From positions 1,859-65,858 of the forward strand of contig CAVPHB010000002.1 of assembly GCA_963704145.1 (NCBI GenBank): DNA of 64,000 nucleotides. Direction: 5' to 3'. Numbering within the stretch: position 1 is the stretch's first letter; every line of letters begins with the position of its first letter. The position numbers and the translations under genes are program-made. The notes under the pieces are model-generated. The model saw nothing but the letters and a program-made list of their open reading frames with translations. It was not told where the DNA came from and did not search any database. The stretch comes from an uncultured Chloroflexia bacterium (lineage in GTDB: Bacteria > Chloroflexota > Limnocylindria > Limnocylindrales > CSP1-4). Below, in pieces: positions 8,555 through 16,967 of the stretch.

Positions 8555-8805
8555 TGAGTCGGTCTTGTGGATCATCGACAGTCGGAGCTCCCTCTGCCCG
8601 GGCCGGCCGCGCGGGGTGCCGGCCGCGCGGGTGCCGGCCGCGGAGGTGCCGGCCGCGGGGGTGCCGGCCGCGCCGGGTGCCGGCCGCGCGGGGTGCCGGC
8701 CGCGGAGGTGCCGGCCGCGGGGGTGCCGGCCGCGCCGGGTGCCGGCCGCGCGGGGTGCCGGCCGCGCGGGGTGCCGTCCATGCCGCTGAGTCGGTTATGT
8801 GGATC
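8555..8805. repeat. GC-rich minisatellite (about 12 units of GGTGCCGGCCGCGNGG) bounded by two direct copies of the 20-nt core GTGAGTCGGTYWTGTGGATC
   Basis: The cores lie at 8555-8574 and 8786-8805. The 15-16-nt tandem units run from 8603 to 8778 with a higher-order ~63-nt periodicity. Confidence 0.85.
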
Positions 8806-9142
8806 AGTCTTCGAGCAGGCGGGCGAGCGTGGACGTCGCATCTGGGTTGAAGGGGTAAGCGCAGCTGTGCTGGTGCGGGCAGAAGCCGAAAGGAAAGTGC
8901 GGACCGATCGCCGTGGCGATGCGAATGACCCGTTCCGCGATCATGCCGGTGGCCAGTCCGCGCTCAAGGCGCGAGATGCCGCTCTGGCTGATGCCCGACA
9001 GCTCCGCCAAGCGCCGCTGCGACAGTCCAGCCTGGCGCCGACCATTCCGAAACCGGGCACCCACGATCACCATCTCGGGCACGGGCCAGACCAGGTATCG
9101 GCTGCCCTTCCAGGGGGTGCGCGCCCACGGGCCACCTTGCAT
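8804..9142 (-). CDS. XRE-family HTH transcriptional regulator
   Basis: GLSQRRLAELSGISQSGISRLERG helix-turn-helix. The alternative start at 9073 (MVIVGARFRNG) is more plausible. The stop codon lies inside a repeat core. Confidence 0.75.
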   Translation of the reverse strand: MQGGPWARTPWKGSRYLVWPVPEMVIVGARFRNGRRQAGLSQRRLAELSGISQSGISRLERGLATGMIAERVIRIATAIGPHFPFGFCPHQHSCAYPFNPDATSTLARLLED

Positions 9143-9203
9143 CGACCCATGAAAGCAGACGGCTCTTGTCGGTCGCTTACCCCCGACTCATCGCCCAATG
9201 CAT

Positions 9204-9640
9204 GATCCACGTAACCGACTCACTGCCGGGCAATGGTGCGCGAGCCCTACGGACAACGTATGGCGGCTCGGGACGACCTGATCCACGTAACCGACTCACT
9301 GCCGGGCAATGGTGCGCGAGCCCTACGGACAACGTATGGCGGCTCGGGACGACCTGATCTACGTAACCGACTCACTGACCGGGAGCTGGTGCCCGAGCCC
9401 TACGGACAAACGCATGGCGGCTCGGGACGACCTGATCCACGTAACCGACTCACTGACCGGGAGCTGGTGCGCGAGCCCTACGGACAAACGCATGGCGGCT
9501 CGGGACGGCCTGATCCACGTAACCGACTCACTGACCGGGAGCTGATACCCGAGCTCATTCGCAAGAACGGTCTTCGAACTCCGTGACGGGCAATGGTGCG
9601 CGAGCCCTACGGACAACGTATGGGGGCGCACCGACCCGAC
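9204..9640. repeat. Tandem array of five 76-78-bp units plus a partial sixth, each carrying the inverted core GATCCACGTAACCGACTCAC
   Basis: Core copies start at 9204, 9280, 9356, 9434 and 9512. There are two unit subtypes, (..GCAATGGTGCGCGAGCCCTACGGACAACGTATGGCGGCTCG..) and (..GAGCTGGTGCSCGAGCCCTACGGACAAACGCATGGCGGCTCG..). A partial unit lies at 9585-9630. Confidence 0.9.
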
Positions 9641-9641
9641 C

Positions 9642-11045
9642 CTAGTGGCGCGCGAGCCGCTCCTCGAGCGATCGGCCGCGGGGCGGCTGCCCAGACTGCT
9701 CGGACAGGCGGTCGACCCGGCCGAGGGCGGCCTGGGCGAAGCGCACGCCGAGCCAGCGCAACGGCTCGGGCTCCCACGCACGCGAGCGGTGGCCGACCAG
9801 CGGCAGCGCGGTGCGCGCGGTCTCTTGCCCGGTGATCAGCTCGGCCAGCGTTCGGCCACTGAGGTTGGCGGTCGAAACGCCGTGGCCGACGTAGCCGCGG
9901 GCGGTCGCCACCCCGGCAGCCCGGTCAAGGGCGATGGTTGGATGCCAGTCGCGCGGCATGCCCAGCGGACCGCCCCAGGCGTGGCTGAAGCGGACGCCGT
10001 GGCGGGCCAGCGCCGGGAACCACTCGCGCGCCAACGAGCGCAGCATCTCGTGCGTCGGTTCGTGCAGGTCGTACTCGTCGCGGATCGGCGACCCGAAGCG
10101 ATATGGCGCGCCACGGCCGCCGAACAACAGGCGGCCGTCGGACGTGCGCGACAGATAGACGACGGTGTAGCGCGGCGAGCCGATCAGTTCGTGCCCCTGC
10201 CAGCCGATCTCGGCCCACACAGCGTCGGGCAGCGGCTCGGTCAGCACGATCAGCGACCAGATCGGAATGAGCGAGCGATGCAGGCGGCGCAGGCGTGTCA
10301 GGTAGGCCTCGCCGGCGAGGACGATCGTGTCGGCCGTCACCGATCCACGGCGGGTTAGCAGCGCAGGCGGCGCATACGCCGACCGCGGCTGGAAGTCGGT
10401 GACCCCCGTCTGCTCGTGGATCGTGGCGCCCATGCGCTCGACCACCCGGGCCAGGCCGCGCGCCAGCTTGGCCGGCTGGATGGCCGCGGCGTCGGGCGTG
10501 AACAAGGCGGCCGTGGCTCGGCCGATGCGCAGGTGCGCGGAGAGTGCCGGTCCGTCGAGGAGCTGGTAGCGCGAGGCGAAGCCGAAGCGGTCCAGCTCGG
10601 CGAACTCGTCCTCGAGCTGGGGCGTCTCGTGCGGGCCGCGGGCGACAATCAGCTCGCCGCCGCGCCGCCAGTCGATATCGATCCCCTCCTCCACGGCCAC
10701 GCGGCCCACCTGGTCGACTGCCTCGAAGACTGCCTCGTACGTTGCCCGCGCGGCGTCGAAGCCGTGCAGCTTCTCCAGCCGGCCGAGCGAGATGTTGAGC
10801 CCCGGCGCGCACCACGCCCCGTTGCGTCCCGACGCGCCGAAGCCACAGATGTCGCGCTCCACGATCACGACGCGCAACGACGGCTGTGCGCGCAACAGGT
10901 AGTAGGCCGTCCACAGGCCGGTGTAGCCAGCGCCGAGGATGGCCACGTCGGCGTGGACGGATCCGTCCAAGGCCGGCCGCGAAGTCAGGTCATCGCCACA
11001 CGATTCGAGCCAGAACGAGACCAACGAGTAGTCGCGCGTGGTCAC
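9642..11045 (-). CDS. FAD-dependent oxidoreductase (PuuB/OrdL-like DAO family)
   Basis: ADVAILGAGYTGLWTAYYL...GFGASGRNGAWC and the C-terminus GYVGHGVSTANLSGRTLAELI. The start is set at GTG 11045. The longer ORF extension to 11549 is antisense to the divergent ALDH gene. Confidence 0.8.
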   Translation of the reverse strand: MTTRDYSLVSFWLESCGDDLTSRPALDGSVHADVAILGAGYTGLWTAYYLLRAQPSLRVVIVERDICGFGASGRNGAWCAPGLNISLGRLEKLHGFDAARATYEAVFEAVDQVGRVAVEEGIDIDWRRGGELIVARGPHETPQLEDEFAELDRFGFASRYQLLDGPALSAHLRIGRATAALFTPDAAAIQPAKLARGLARVVERMGATIHEQTGVTDFQPRSAYAPPALLTRRGSVTADTIVLAGEAYLTRLRRLHRSLIPIWSLIVLTEPLPDAVWAEIGWQGHELIGSPRYTVVYLSRTSDGRLLFGGRGAPYRFGSPIRDEYDLHEPTHEMLRSLAREWFPALARHGVRFSHAWGGPLGMPRDWHPTIALDRAAGVATARGYVGHGVSTANLSGRTLAELITGQETARTALPLVGHRSRAWEPEPLRWLGVRFAQAALGRVDRLSEQSGQPPRGRSLEERLARH

Positions 11046-11109
11046 GGTGATTACGATACGTGTACCCAGCACATCACAACCGAGCCTTGTTGCAGCAGAG
11101 GTCACCACC

Positions 11110-12563
11110 ATGACGCTTACGGCCACGCGTCGCAGCATGTTCATCAACGGAGAGTGGACGGACGCGGCGAACGGCGAAACGACATCGGTCATCAACCCCG
11201 CGACCGAGGAGGCCATCGGCGACGTGCCCAAGGGCGCCGAAGCCGATGCCGACCGCGCCGTGTCGGCCGCCCGGGCAGCGTTCGAGGACTGGTCGCAGAC
11301 CACCCCCGGCGAGCGGAGCCTGATGCTCTGGCGCTGGGCGCAGAAGATCGAGGACAGCAAGGCCGAGCTGTCGGCGCTCGAGTCGGCCAACGTCGGCAAG
11401 CCCAAGGGCGTGGCCGACTTCGACATCGACTTCAGCGTCGACAACCTGCGCTTCTTCGCCGGTGCCGCGCGCGTGCTCGAGGGCAAGGCGGCGGGCGAGT
11501 ACACCAAGGGCTGGACGAGCATGATCCGGCGTGAACCGGTCGGCGTCATCGGCCAGGTCGCGCCGTGGAACTACCCGTTGATGATGGCCATCTGGAAGCT
11601 CGGCCCGGCCCTCGCCGCGGGCAACACGGTGGTCCTCAAGCCGGCCTCGAGCGACGCCGCTGACCGCGCTGGCACTGGCCGAGCTGGCCGCCGACATCTT
11701 CCCCAAGGGCGTGCTCAACGTCATCACCGGGCCGGGCATGACGCTCGGCCAGCAGGCTGATGACGCACCCTGAAGTGGACATGGTCTCGCTGACCGGCGA
11801 CACGGCGACGGGCATCGAGATTGCCGCGGCGGCGGCACAGACGGTCAAGCGCGTCCACCTGGAGCTGGGCGGCAAGGCGCCGGTGGTGGTGTTCGACGAC
11901 GCCGATCTGGGCGCCGTGGTCGAGGCGGTCAAGCTGGCCGGCTTCTTCAACTCGGGCCAGGACTGCACCGCCGCGACGCGGATAATCGCGGGGAGTGGCG
12001 TCTACGAGAAGTTGCTCGCCGATTTAGTGCCGGCAATCCAGTCGCTCAAGGTGGGCAACCCGGCCGACGCCGAGGATCTCGACATGGGCCCGCTCGTGAG
12101 CGCCAGCCAGCGCGAGCGAGTGGCCGGCTACGTCGACCGGGCGCGCGGCTACGGTGCGAGCGTCGTGCTCGGCGGCGGCAGCGGTGCGCACGGCAACGGT
12201 CGCGGCTTCTTCTACGACCCGACCGTCGTGACCGACATCGGCCAGGACTCGGAGATCATCCAGCAGGAAGTGTTCGGCCCGGTCGTCACCGTGCAGCGCT
12301 TCAGCGACGACGAGGAGGCGATCCGCTGGGCCAACGGCGTCCCGTTCGGCCTCGCGTCGTCGGTCTGGACGCGCGACGTCAAGCGGGCACTCAACGCCGC
12401 GCGACGGTTGCGCTACGGGACGGTGTGGATCAACGACCACCTGACGATCGCGTCGGAGATGCCGCACGGTGGCTTCGGCCGCTCGGGCTACGGCAAGGAC
12501 ATGGGCATGTACTCGATCGAGGACTACACGATCGTCAAGCACGTCATGGCCAAGATCAGCTGA
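11110..12563 (+). pseudogene. patD: Gamma-aminobutyraldehyde dehydrogenase-like ALDH (PatD/YdcW-like), disrupted by two +1 frame changes
   Basis: It aligns along its whole length with the recalled E. coli YdcW/PatD (FFAGAARVLEGKAAGEY, APWNYPLMMA.WKL.PALAAGN.VVLKP, ELGGKAP, EMPHGG...SGYGKD). The frame moves 1 to 2 near 11653 and 2 to 3 near 11756. Confidence 0.85.
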
Positions 12564-12582
12564 CCGGCGAGCTCGTCCCCCG

Positions 12583-15498
12583 ATGACTGGCGGGCTGCCG
12601 ACCGGCGTCGTGACCTTTCTGTTCAGCGACGTCGAGGGCTCGACCAAGCTCCTGCACGAACTGGGCGACGGCTACGCCGCTGCGCTGCACGAGCATCGCC
12701 GCCTGCTCAGAGGGGCATTCGCGGCGCACGACGGCGTCGAGGTCGACACCCAGGGCGATGCCTTCTTCGTGGCCTTCGGCCGCGCGTCGGACGGCGTCGC
12801 CGCAGCGATCGACGCGCAACGCGCCCTGGCGGCCGGCCCGATCAAGGTCCGCATCGGCCTGCACACGGGCGAGCCGCGCCTGACTCCGGAAGGCTACGTC
12901 GGGCTCGACGTCCACAAGGGCGCGCGCATCGCCGCCGTGGGCCATGGCGGCCAGGTTCTGGTGTCGCAGGCGACGCGCGCGCTGGTCGAAGCCAGCGTGC
13001 GCGATCTCGGCCCGCATCGCCTGAAGGACCTGACCGCGCCCGAGCGCATCTTCCAGCTCGAGATAGAGGGCCTGCCGTCCGACTTCCCGCTGCTCAAGAC
13101 GCTCGAGGCGGGCATGCGCAACCTGCCCGCCGCGCGCACCTCGTTCGTGGGCCGCGAGACGGAGCTGGGTGAGATAGACAGGCTGCTGGGCGAGCCCGAC
13201 TGTCGGCTGCTGACGCTCGTCGGGCCGGGCGGCACGGGCAAGTCCAGGCTGGCCCTCGAGGCTGCCGGACGACGGATCGAGCACTACCCGCACGGCGTCC
13301 ACTACATACCCCTCGCCGGAGTGCCCGAGCCGGGCCTCCTCGCACCGGCCGTGGCCGAGGGACTGCAGTTCCAGGTCGACTTCGCCCACAGCGCCATACC
13401 TGCTCGCGATCAACTGGTCGATTACCTGCGCGATCGCTCGGCGCTGCTCGTGCTTGACAACTTCGAGCACCTGCTCGACGCACGAGACGTGGTCACGCAG
13501 ATCATCGACGAGGCGCCGCTGGTCGAGCTGCTGACCACATCGCGCGAGCGGCTGCAGGTGCAGAGCGAGTGGGTCATCGATGTGGCCGGGCTCGAGTTCG
13601 TTCCCGGCAACGGGCACGCTTCCGGTAACGGGCACGCTTCCGGTAACGGGCACGGCAGCGGGCACGGCAGCGGGCGCGGCAGCGGCAACGGTCACGCTGC
13701 CGACAGCCCGGCGACCCGGCTGTTCGTCGATCGCGCTCGGCACGTCGATCCGGCGTATGCCCTGACCGAAGCGGAGCGTCCGCACGTCGAGCGCATCTGC
13801 CGGATCGTCCACGGCATGCCGCTCGGCATCGAGCTTGCCGCGGCCTGGGTGTCGATGCTGTCGGCGGCAGAGATCGCCGACGAGATCGAGCGCAACCTCA
13901 GCTTCCTGCAGACCACCATGGCCGACGTGCCCGAGCGTCACCGCAGCCTGCGGGCGGCGTTTGACCAGTCGTGGCGGCTGCTCGCCGATGATGGGCGGCG
14001 CGTGTTCGCCCGGCTGTCCATCTTCCGCGGTGGCTTCACCCGCGAAGCAGCAGCAGCCGTGGCCGAGGCGGGCATCGTCCAGCTGCACGATCTCGTCGCC
14101 AAGTCGCTCGTGCGCCGGACCGAGCTGGGTCGCTTCGAGCTGCACGAGTTGCTGCGCCAGTACGCCGCCGAACGGCTGGCGGAGACAGCCGACGGGCAAG
14201 CCGCCACTGCCGAGCGACATGGCCGTTACTACGTCGGCATGCTCGGCGAGCGAAGAAGCGCGCTTGCGGGCCCGGGAATGGCCGAGGCGCGCGATGAGTT
14301 GCGCCGCGATCTCGACAACCTCCGCCTGGCGGCCGAATGGGTGGTCGGTCATGGATCCGATCAGGAGTCGTTTGCCCTGACGGCCGCACTCGGTCTGTTC
14401 TTCTTCGTCCACGGGCCATTCGAGGGCGCCCAGACGTTCGAGCGCCTGGCAGAGGCGGTGGGCGTGACGGGAGGCGTCGCAGTCGACCCGGCTTCGGTCT
14501 CCGATGCTGCGTTGTCTGTTCTCACCCACTGGGCGGTCGTGCGCACCGACCTGGGCTACGACGAGGAGACGGAGCAGCTGCTGCTCGCCCTCGTGCCCGT
14601 GCTGCGCGAGCGCGACCTGCGCGCCGACCTCGGCTACGCACTCTATGGATCTGGCGTCGTGGCTTGTTACGAGGACGTCTACGCCGATTCTGCGCGCTTC
14701 CTCGAGGAGGCAATTCCCCTGCTCAGGGCGGCGGGCGACCTGTTCTATGTGGGGGCCGCGCTGTCGTGGCTGGGCTTCGTCCGCTTGTTGCAGAACGATC
14801 TCGAGGCCGCGGGCAGGAACTTCAGGGAGTGTGATGCGGTCGCGCGCGAGTGTGGTCAGCCGCTCACACGCGCCTATGCGACGAGCAAGCTCGGCATCCT
14901 GGCCGATGCCGAGGGCCGTTACGCCGAGGCGATGCGCCTGCACATGGAGGCCAACGCCCTGTTCGAGAGCGTGGGCGACGTGGGCGGCACGGGCTACACG
15001 CTCAGCCGGGCCAGCCTGAGCGCGTTCGGCGTGGGCGACTTCGGCGAGGCGCTGCGCTTTGGGCGAGCCGGGTACGAGGCCTTCCGGCAGGTCAACCACC
15101 GCTGGGGCATGATCGGCGGGCTGTGCCGGATCGGTTTCGCAGAATTCGCTCTCGGCAGCAGTGACGAGGCACGCGATCACCTGCGCGACGCGCTCAGCCG
15201 TGCCCGCGAGTCCAAGGCGATCTCGCTCGAGCTGCTCGCCCTGAGCGGGATCGGGGCGGTGCTCGCCAAGGGTGATGATCCGAGCCGAGCCGCGCTGCTG
15301 CTCACGTTTGCGCTCGGCCACGAACAGCTGCCGGCCGCGTACGGTTTCGCCGCGCGGCCGGCGCTGGACGCGCTCGAGGCGTCGCTGACAGCCGACGAAC
15401 TGGCCGCCGTGCGCGAGGCAGCAGCCACGGCCGACCTCGACGAACTGGTGGCCAACGTGCTTGGAGAGCACACCCTGATTGGAGGTGGCAGCCCATGA
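12583..15498 (+). CDS. Class III adenylate/guanylate cyclase domain - AAA/NB-ARC ATPase - TPR (STAND-type) protein
   Basis: Cyclase signature VVTFLFSDVEGSTKL...VDTQGDAFFVAF...IGLHTGE and a Walker A motif LVGPGGTGKSRLA. The C-terminal region is helical and repeat-rich. 971 aa, intact. Confidence 0.85.
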   Translation: MTGGLPTGVVTFLFSDVEGSTKLLHELGDGYAAALHEHRRLLRGAFAAHDGVEVDTQGDAFFVAFGRASDGVAAAIDAQRALAAGPIKVRIGLHTGEPRLTPEGYVGLDVHKGARIAAVGHGGQVLVSQATRALVEASVRDLGPHRLKDLTAPERIFQLEIEGLPSDFPLLKTLEAGMRNLPAARTSFVGRETELGEIDRLLGEPDCRLLTLVGPGGTGKSRLALEAAGRRIEHYPHGVHYIPLAGVPEPGLLAPAVAEGLQFQVDFAHSAIPARDQLVDYLRDRSALLVLDNFEHLLDARDVVTQIIDEAPLVELLTTSRERLQVQSEWVIDVAGLEFVPGNGHASGNGHASGNGHGSGHGSGRGSGNGHAADSPATRLFVDRARHVDPAYALTEAERPHVERICRIVHGMPLGIELAAAWVSMLSAAEIADEIERNLSFLQTTMADVPERHRSLRAAFDQSWRLLADDGRRVFARLSIFRGGFTREAAAAVAEAGIVQLHDLVAKSLVRRTELGRFELHELLRQYAAERLAETADGQAATAERHGRYYVGMLGERRSALAGPGMAEARDELRRDLDNLRLAAEWVVGHGSDQESFALTAALGLFFFVHGPFEGAQTFERLAEAVGVTGGVAVDPASVSDAALSVLTHWAVVRTDLGYDEETEQLLLALVPVLRERDLRADLGYALYGSGVVACYEDVYADSARFLEEAIPLLRAAGDLFYVGAALSWLGFVRLLQNDLEAAGRNFRECDAVARECGQPLTRAYATSKLGILADAEGRYAEAMRLHMEANALFESVGDVGGTGYTLSRASLSAFGVGDFGEALRFGRAGYEAFRQVNHRWGMIGGLCRIGFAEFALGSSDEARDHLRDALSRARESKAISLELLALSGIGAVLAKGDDPSRAALLLTFALGHEQLPAAYGFAARPALDALEASLTADELAAVREAAATADLDELVANVLGEHTLIGGGSP

Positions 15499-16754
15499 AG
15501 ACGCTACGCGTACTGCTGGTCGGCGCCGGCACGGTCGGCGAGGCGATCGCGCAGGTCAGTGCCGGGCGCGACTGGCTGGAGCACATGGTCGTGGCCGACT
15601 ACGACGCCGTCCGGGCGGAGCAGGTGGCTGCCGGCGCGACGCAGACGGCCAAGGCTGCTGGTCGGTCGGACCAGTTCGAGTCGGCCCGGATCGACGCGTC
15701 CTCAGCGCAAGCGGTGACCGACATGGCCCGCCAGCATCGGGCCGATCTGGTCATGAACGCGGTTGACCCGCAGTTCGTGATGCCCGTCTTTGACGGTGCC
15801 CTGGCCGCCGACGCGAACTACATGGACATGGCCGTGAGCCTGTCCAAGCCGCATCCCGATGTGCCGCACCAGAAGCCCGGGTTGAAGCTGGGCGACGAGC
15901 AGTTCGAGCGGGCGGCCGATTGGCAGCGGGCGGGCCGGCTGGCGCTGGTCGGCATGGGCATGGACCCCGGTCTGACCGACGTCTTCGCCGCGTATGCCGC
16001 CAAGCACCTGTTCGACGAGGTCGACGAGGTCCACATCCGCGACGGCGGCGACCTGGCCATCCAGGGCTTCGCCTTTGCGCCGGTCTTCTCGATCTGGACC
16101 ACGATCGAGGAGTGCCTCAATCCGCCGATCATCTGGGACAACGGGGCGTGGCACACCACCGAGCCGTTCAGCGCGCCCGAGATGTTCCCCTTCCCCGACG
16201 GCGTGGGCGAGGTCGAATGCGTCAACGTCGAGCACGAGGAGGTGCTGCTCGTGCCGCGCGGGCTGCCCGCCGTGCGCCGGGTGACGTTCAAGTACGCCCT
16301 GGGCAGCGACTTCATCGACAAGCTGAAGACCATCCACGCGCTGGGCATGGACCGCACCGACCGCGTGTCGGTCAAAGGCGTCGAGGTGGCGCCGCGCGAC
16401 GTGCTGGCGGCAATCACGCCCGACCCGGCCAAGGTGGGCGACCGCATGATCGGCCGGGCCATCGTGGGCACGTGGGTGATCGGCAAGCGCGACGGAGCGC
16501 CGCGCGAGGTCTACCTGTACCAGACGACAGACGCGGCCGATGTCTGGCGTCGACTCGGGCTGGGCGCGGTGGCCTGGCAGACCGGCTTCAATCCGGTCAT
16601 TGCCATGGAGCTGCTGGCCAGCGGGGAGTGGCAGGGCAGCGGCGTGCTGGGGCCGGAAGCCTTCGACCCCGACCCTTACCTGGGACTGCTCGACGCGTAC
16701 GGCATCCACCACGCGATGGCGGAGATGGAGCCCGGCCGGCACCGACCGACCTGA
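15495..16754 (+). CDS. Saccharopine dehydrogenase family NAD(P)-binding protein
   Basis: N-terminal Rossmann fold VLLVGAGTVGEAIA, 419 aa, intact. Its ATG overlaps the upstream stop codon (ATGA). Confidence 0.75.
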   Translation: MKTLRVLLVGAGTVGEAIAQVSAGRDWLEHMVVADYDAVRAEQVAAGATQTAKAAGRSDQFESARIDASSAQAVTDMARQHRADLVMNAVDPQFVMPVFDGALAADANYMDMAVSLSKPHPDVPHQKPGLKLGDEQFERAADWQRAGRLALVGMGMDPGLTDVFAAYAAKHLFDEVDEVHIRDGGDLAIQGFAFAPVFSIWTTIEECLNPPIIWDNGAWHTTEPFSAPEMFPFPDGVGEVECVNVEHEEVLLVPRGLPAVRRVTFKYALGSDFIDKLKTIHALGMDRTDRVSVKGVEVAPRDVLAAITPDPAKVGDRMIGRAIVGTWVIGKRDGAPREVYLYQTTDAADVWRRLGLGAVAWQTGFNPVIAMELLASGEWQGSGVLGPEAFDPDPYLGLLDAYGIHHAMAEMEPGRHRPT

Positions 16755-16945
16755 CCGGCGGCACCCGCCGACCTGACCAGGGGGATCCGCCGACCCGACC
16801 TGAGCAGGGGGGATCCGCCGACCCGACCTGGGGACGTCCTACCTGCCGGTGAGTCGGTTACGTGGACCAGCCGGCGGTGCCGGGCCCGCGATGGGGCGCG
16901 AAGTGATCTGCCTAACTGACTCACTGACCGTCAGGCAGGCGCGCC
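16755..16945. repeat. Composite repeat: ~26-bp direct repeats (GGGGATCCGCCGACCCGACCTG, about 2.5 units) plus a hairpin-type copy of the 20-nt core family
   Basis: A direct core lies at 16849-16868 (GTGAGTCGGTTACGTGGACC) and an inverted variant at 16905-16924 (GATCTGCCTAACTGACTCAC). The outer arms CCTGCC/GGCAGG extend the pairing. Confidence 0.8.
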
Positions 16946-16967
16946 AAGCCGGGGCTGGCTGAAGGAT

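Noticed and set aside
6938-8557. 539-aa plus-strand ORF over the FAD oxidoreductase and neighbouring genes
   Set aside because: It is antisense to a well-supported DAO-family gene (7277-8443) and its translation is low-complexity Arg/Gly-rich.
8567-9205. ORFs translating the GC minisatellite (GAGRAGAGRGG..., 8554-8850 and 8567-9205) and the 76-bp array (MVREPYGQRMAARDDLIHVTDSL repeats, 9233-9586)
   Set aside because: All three frames and both strands are open because of the repeat composition. The products are pure low-complexity or repeat peptides and overlap the XRE gene in antisense.
9204-9640. CRISPR array hypothesis for the 76-78-bp periodic repeats
   Set aside because: The would-be 'spacers' are themselves near-identical between units. 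There is no leader or cas gene, and the same core occurs singly and inverted elsewhere. This is a tandem repeat, not a repeat-spacer array.
9204-9640. Diversity-generating retroelement (TR/VR) or retron hypothesis
   Set aside because: No reverse transcriptase is in the window. Differences between the unit subtypes are not adenine-specific, and the units lie outside any CDS.
8555-9640. Chromosomal replication origin, suggested by clustered DnaA-box-like TGATCCACA motifs with GATC
   Set aside because: No dnaA or dnaN neighbourhood and no AT-rich unwinding element. The same motif is dispersed over 25 kb. It is kept only as a speculative DnaA-binding idea in the findings.
9642-11549. 635-aa version of the PuuB-like oxidoreductase ORF
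   Set aside because: The N-terminal ~170 aa overlap the divergent patD-like gene in antisense and carry no homology. The conserved protein starts near GTG 11045, just before the GAGYTG FAD motif.
12556-15471. 971-aa ORF on the minus strand, mirroring the cyclase-STAND gene
   Set aside because: Its Arg/Gly/Ala/Val-rich translation has no recognisable motif. The plus strand shows clear cyclase, Walker A and TPR features. This is a typical antisense open frame in high-GC DNA.
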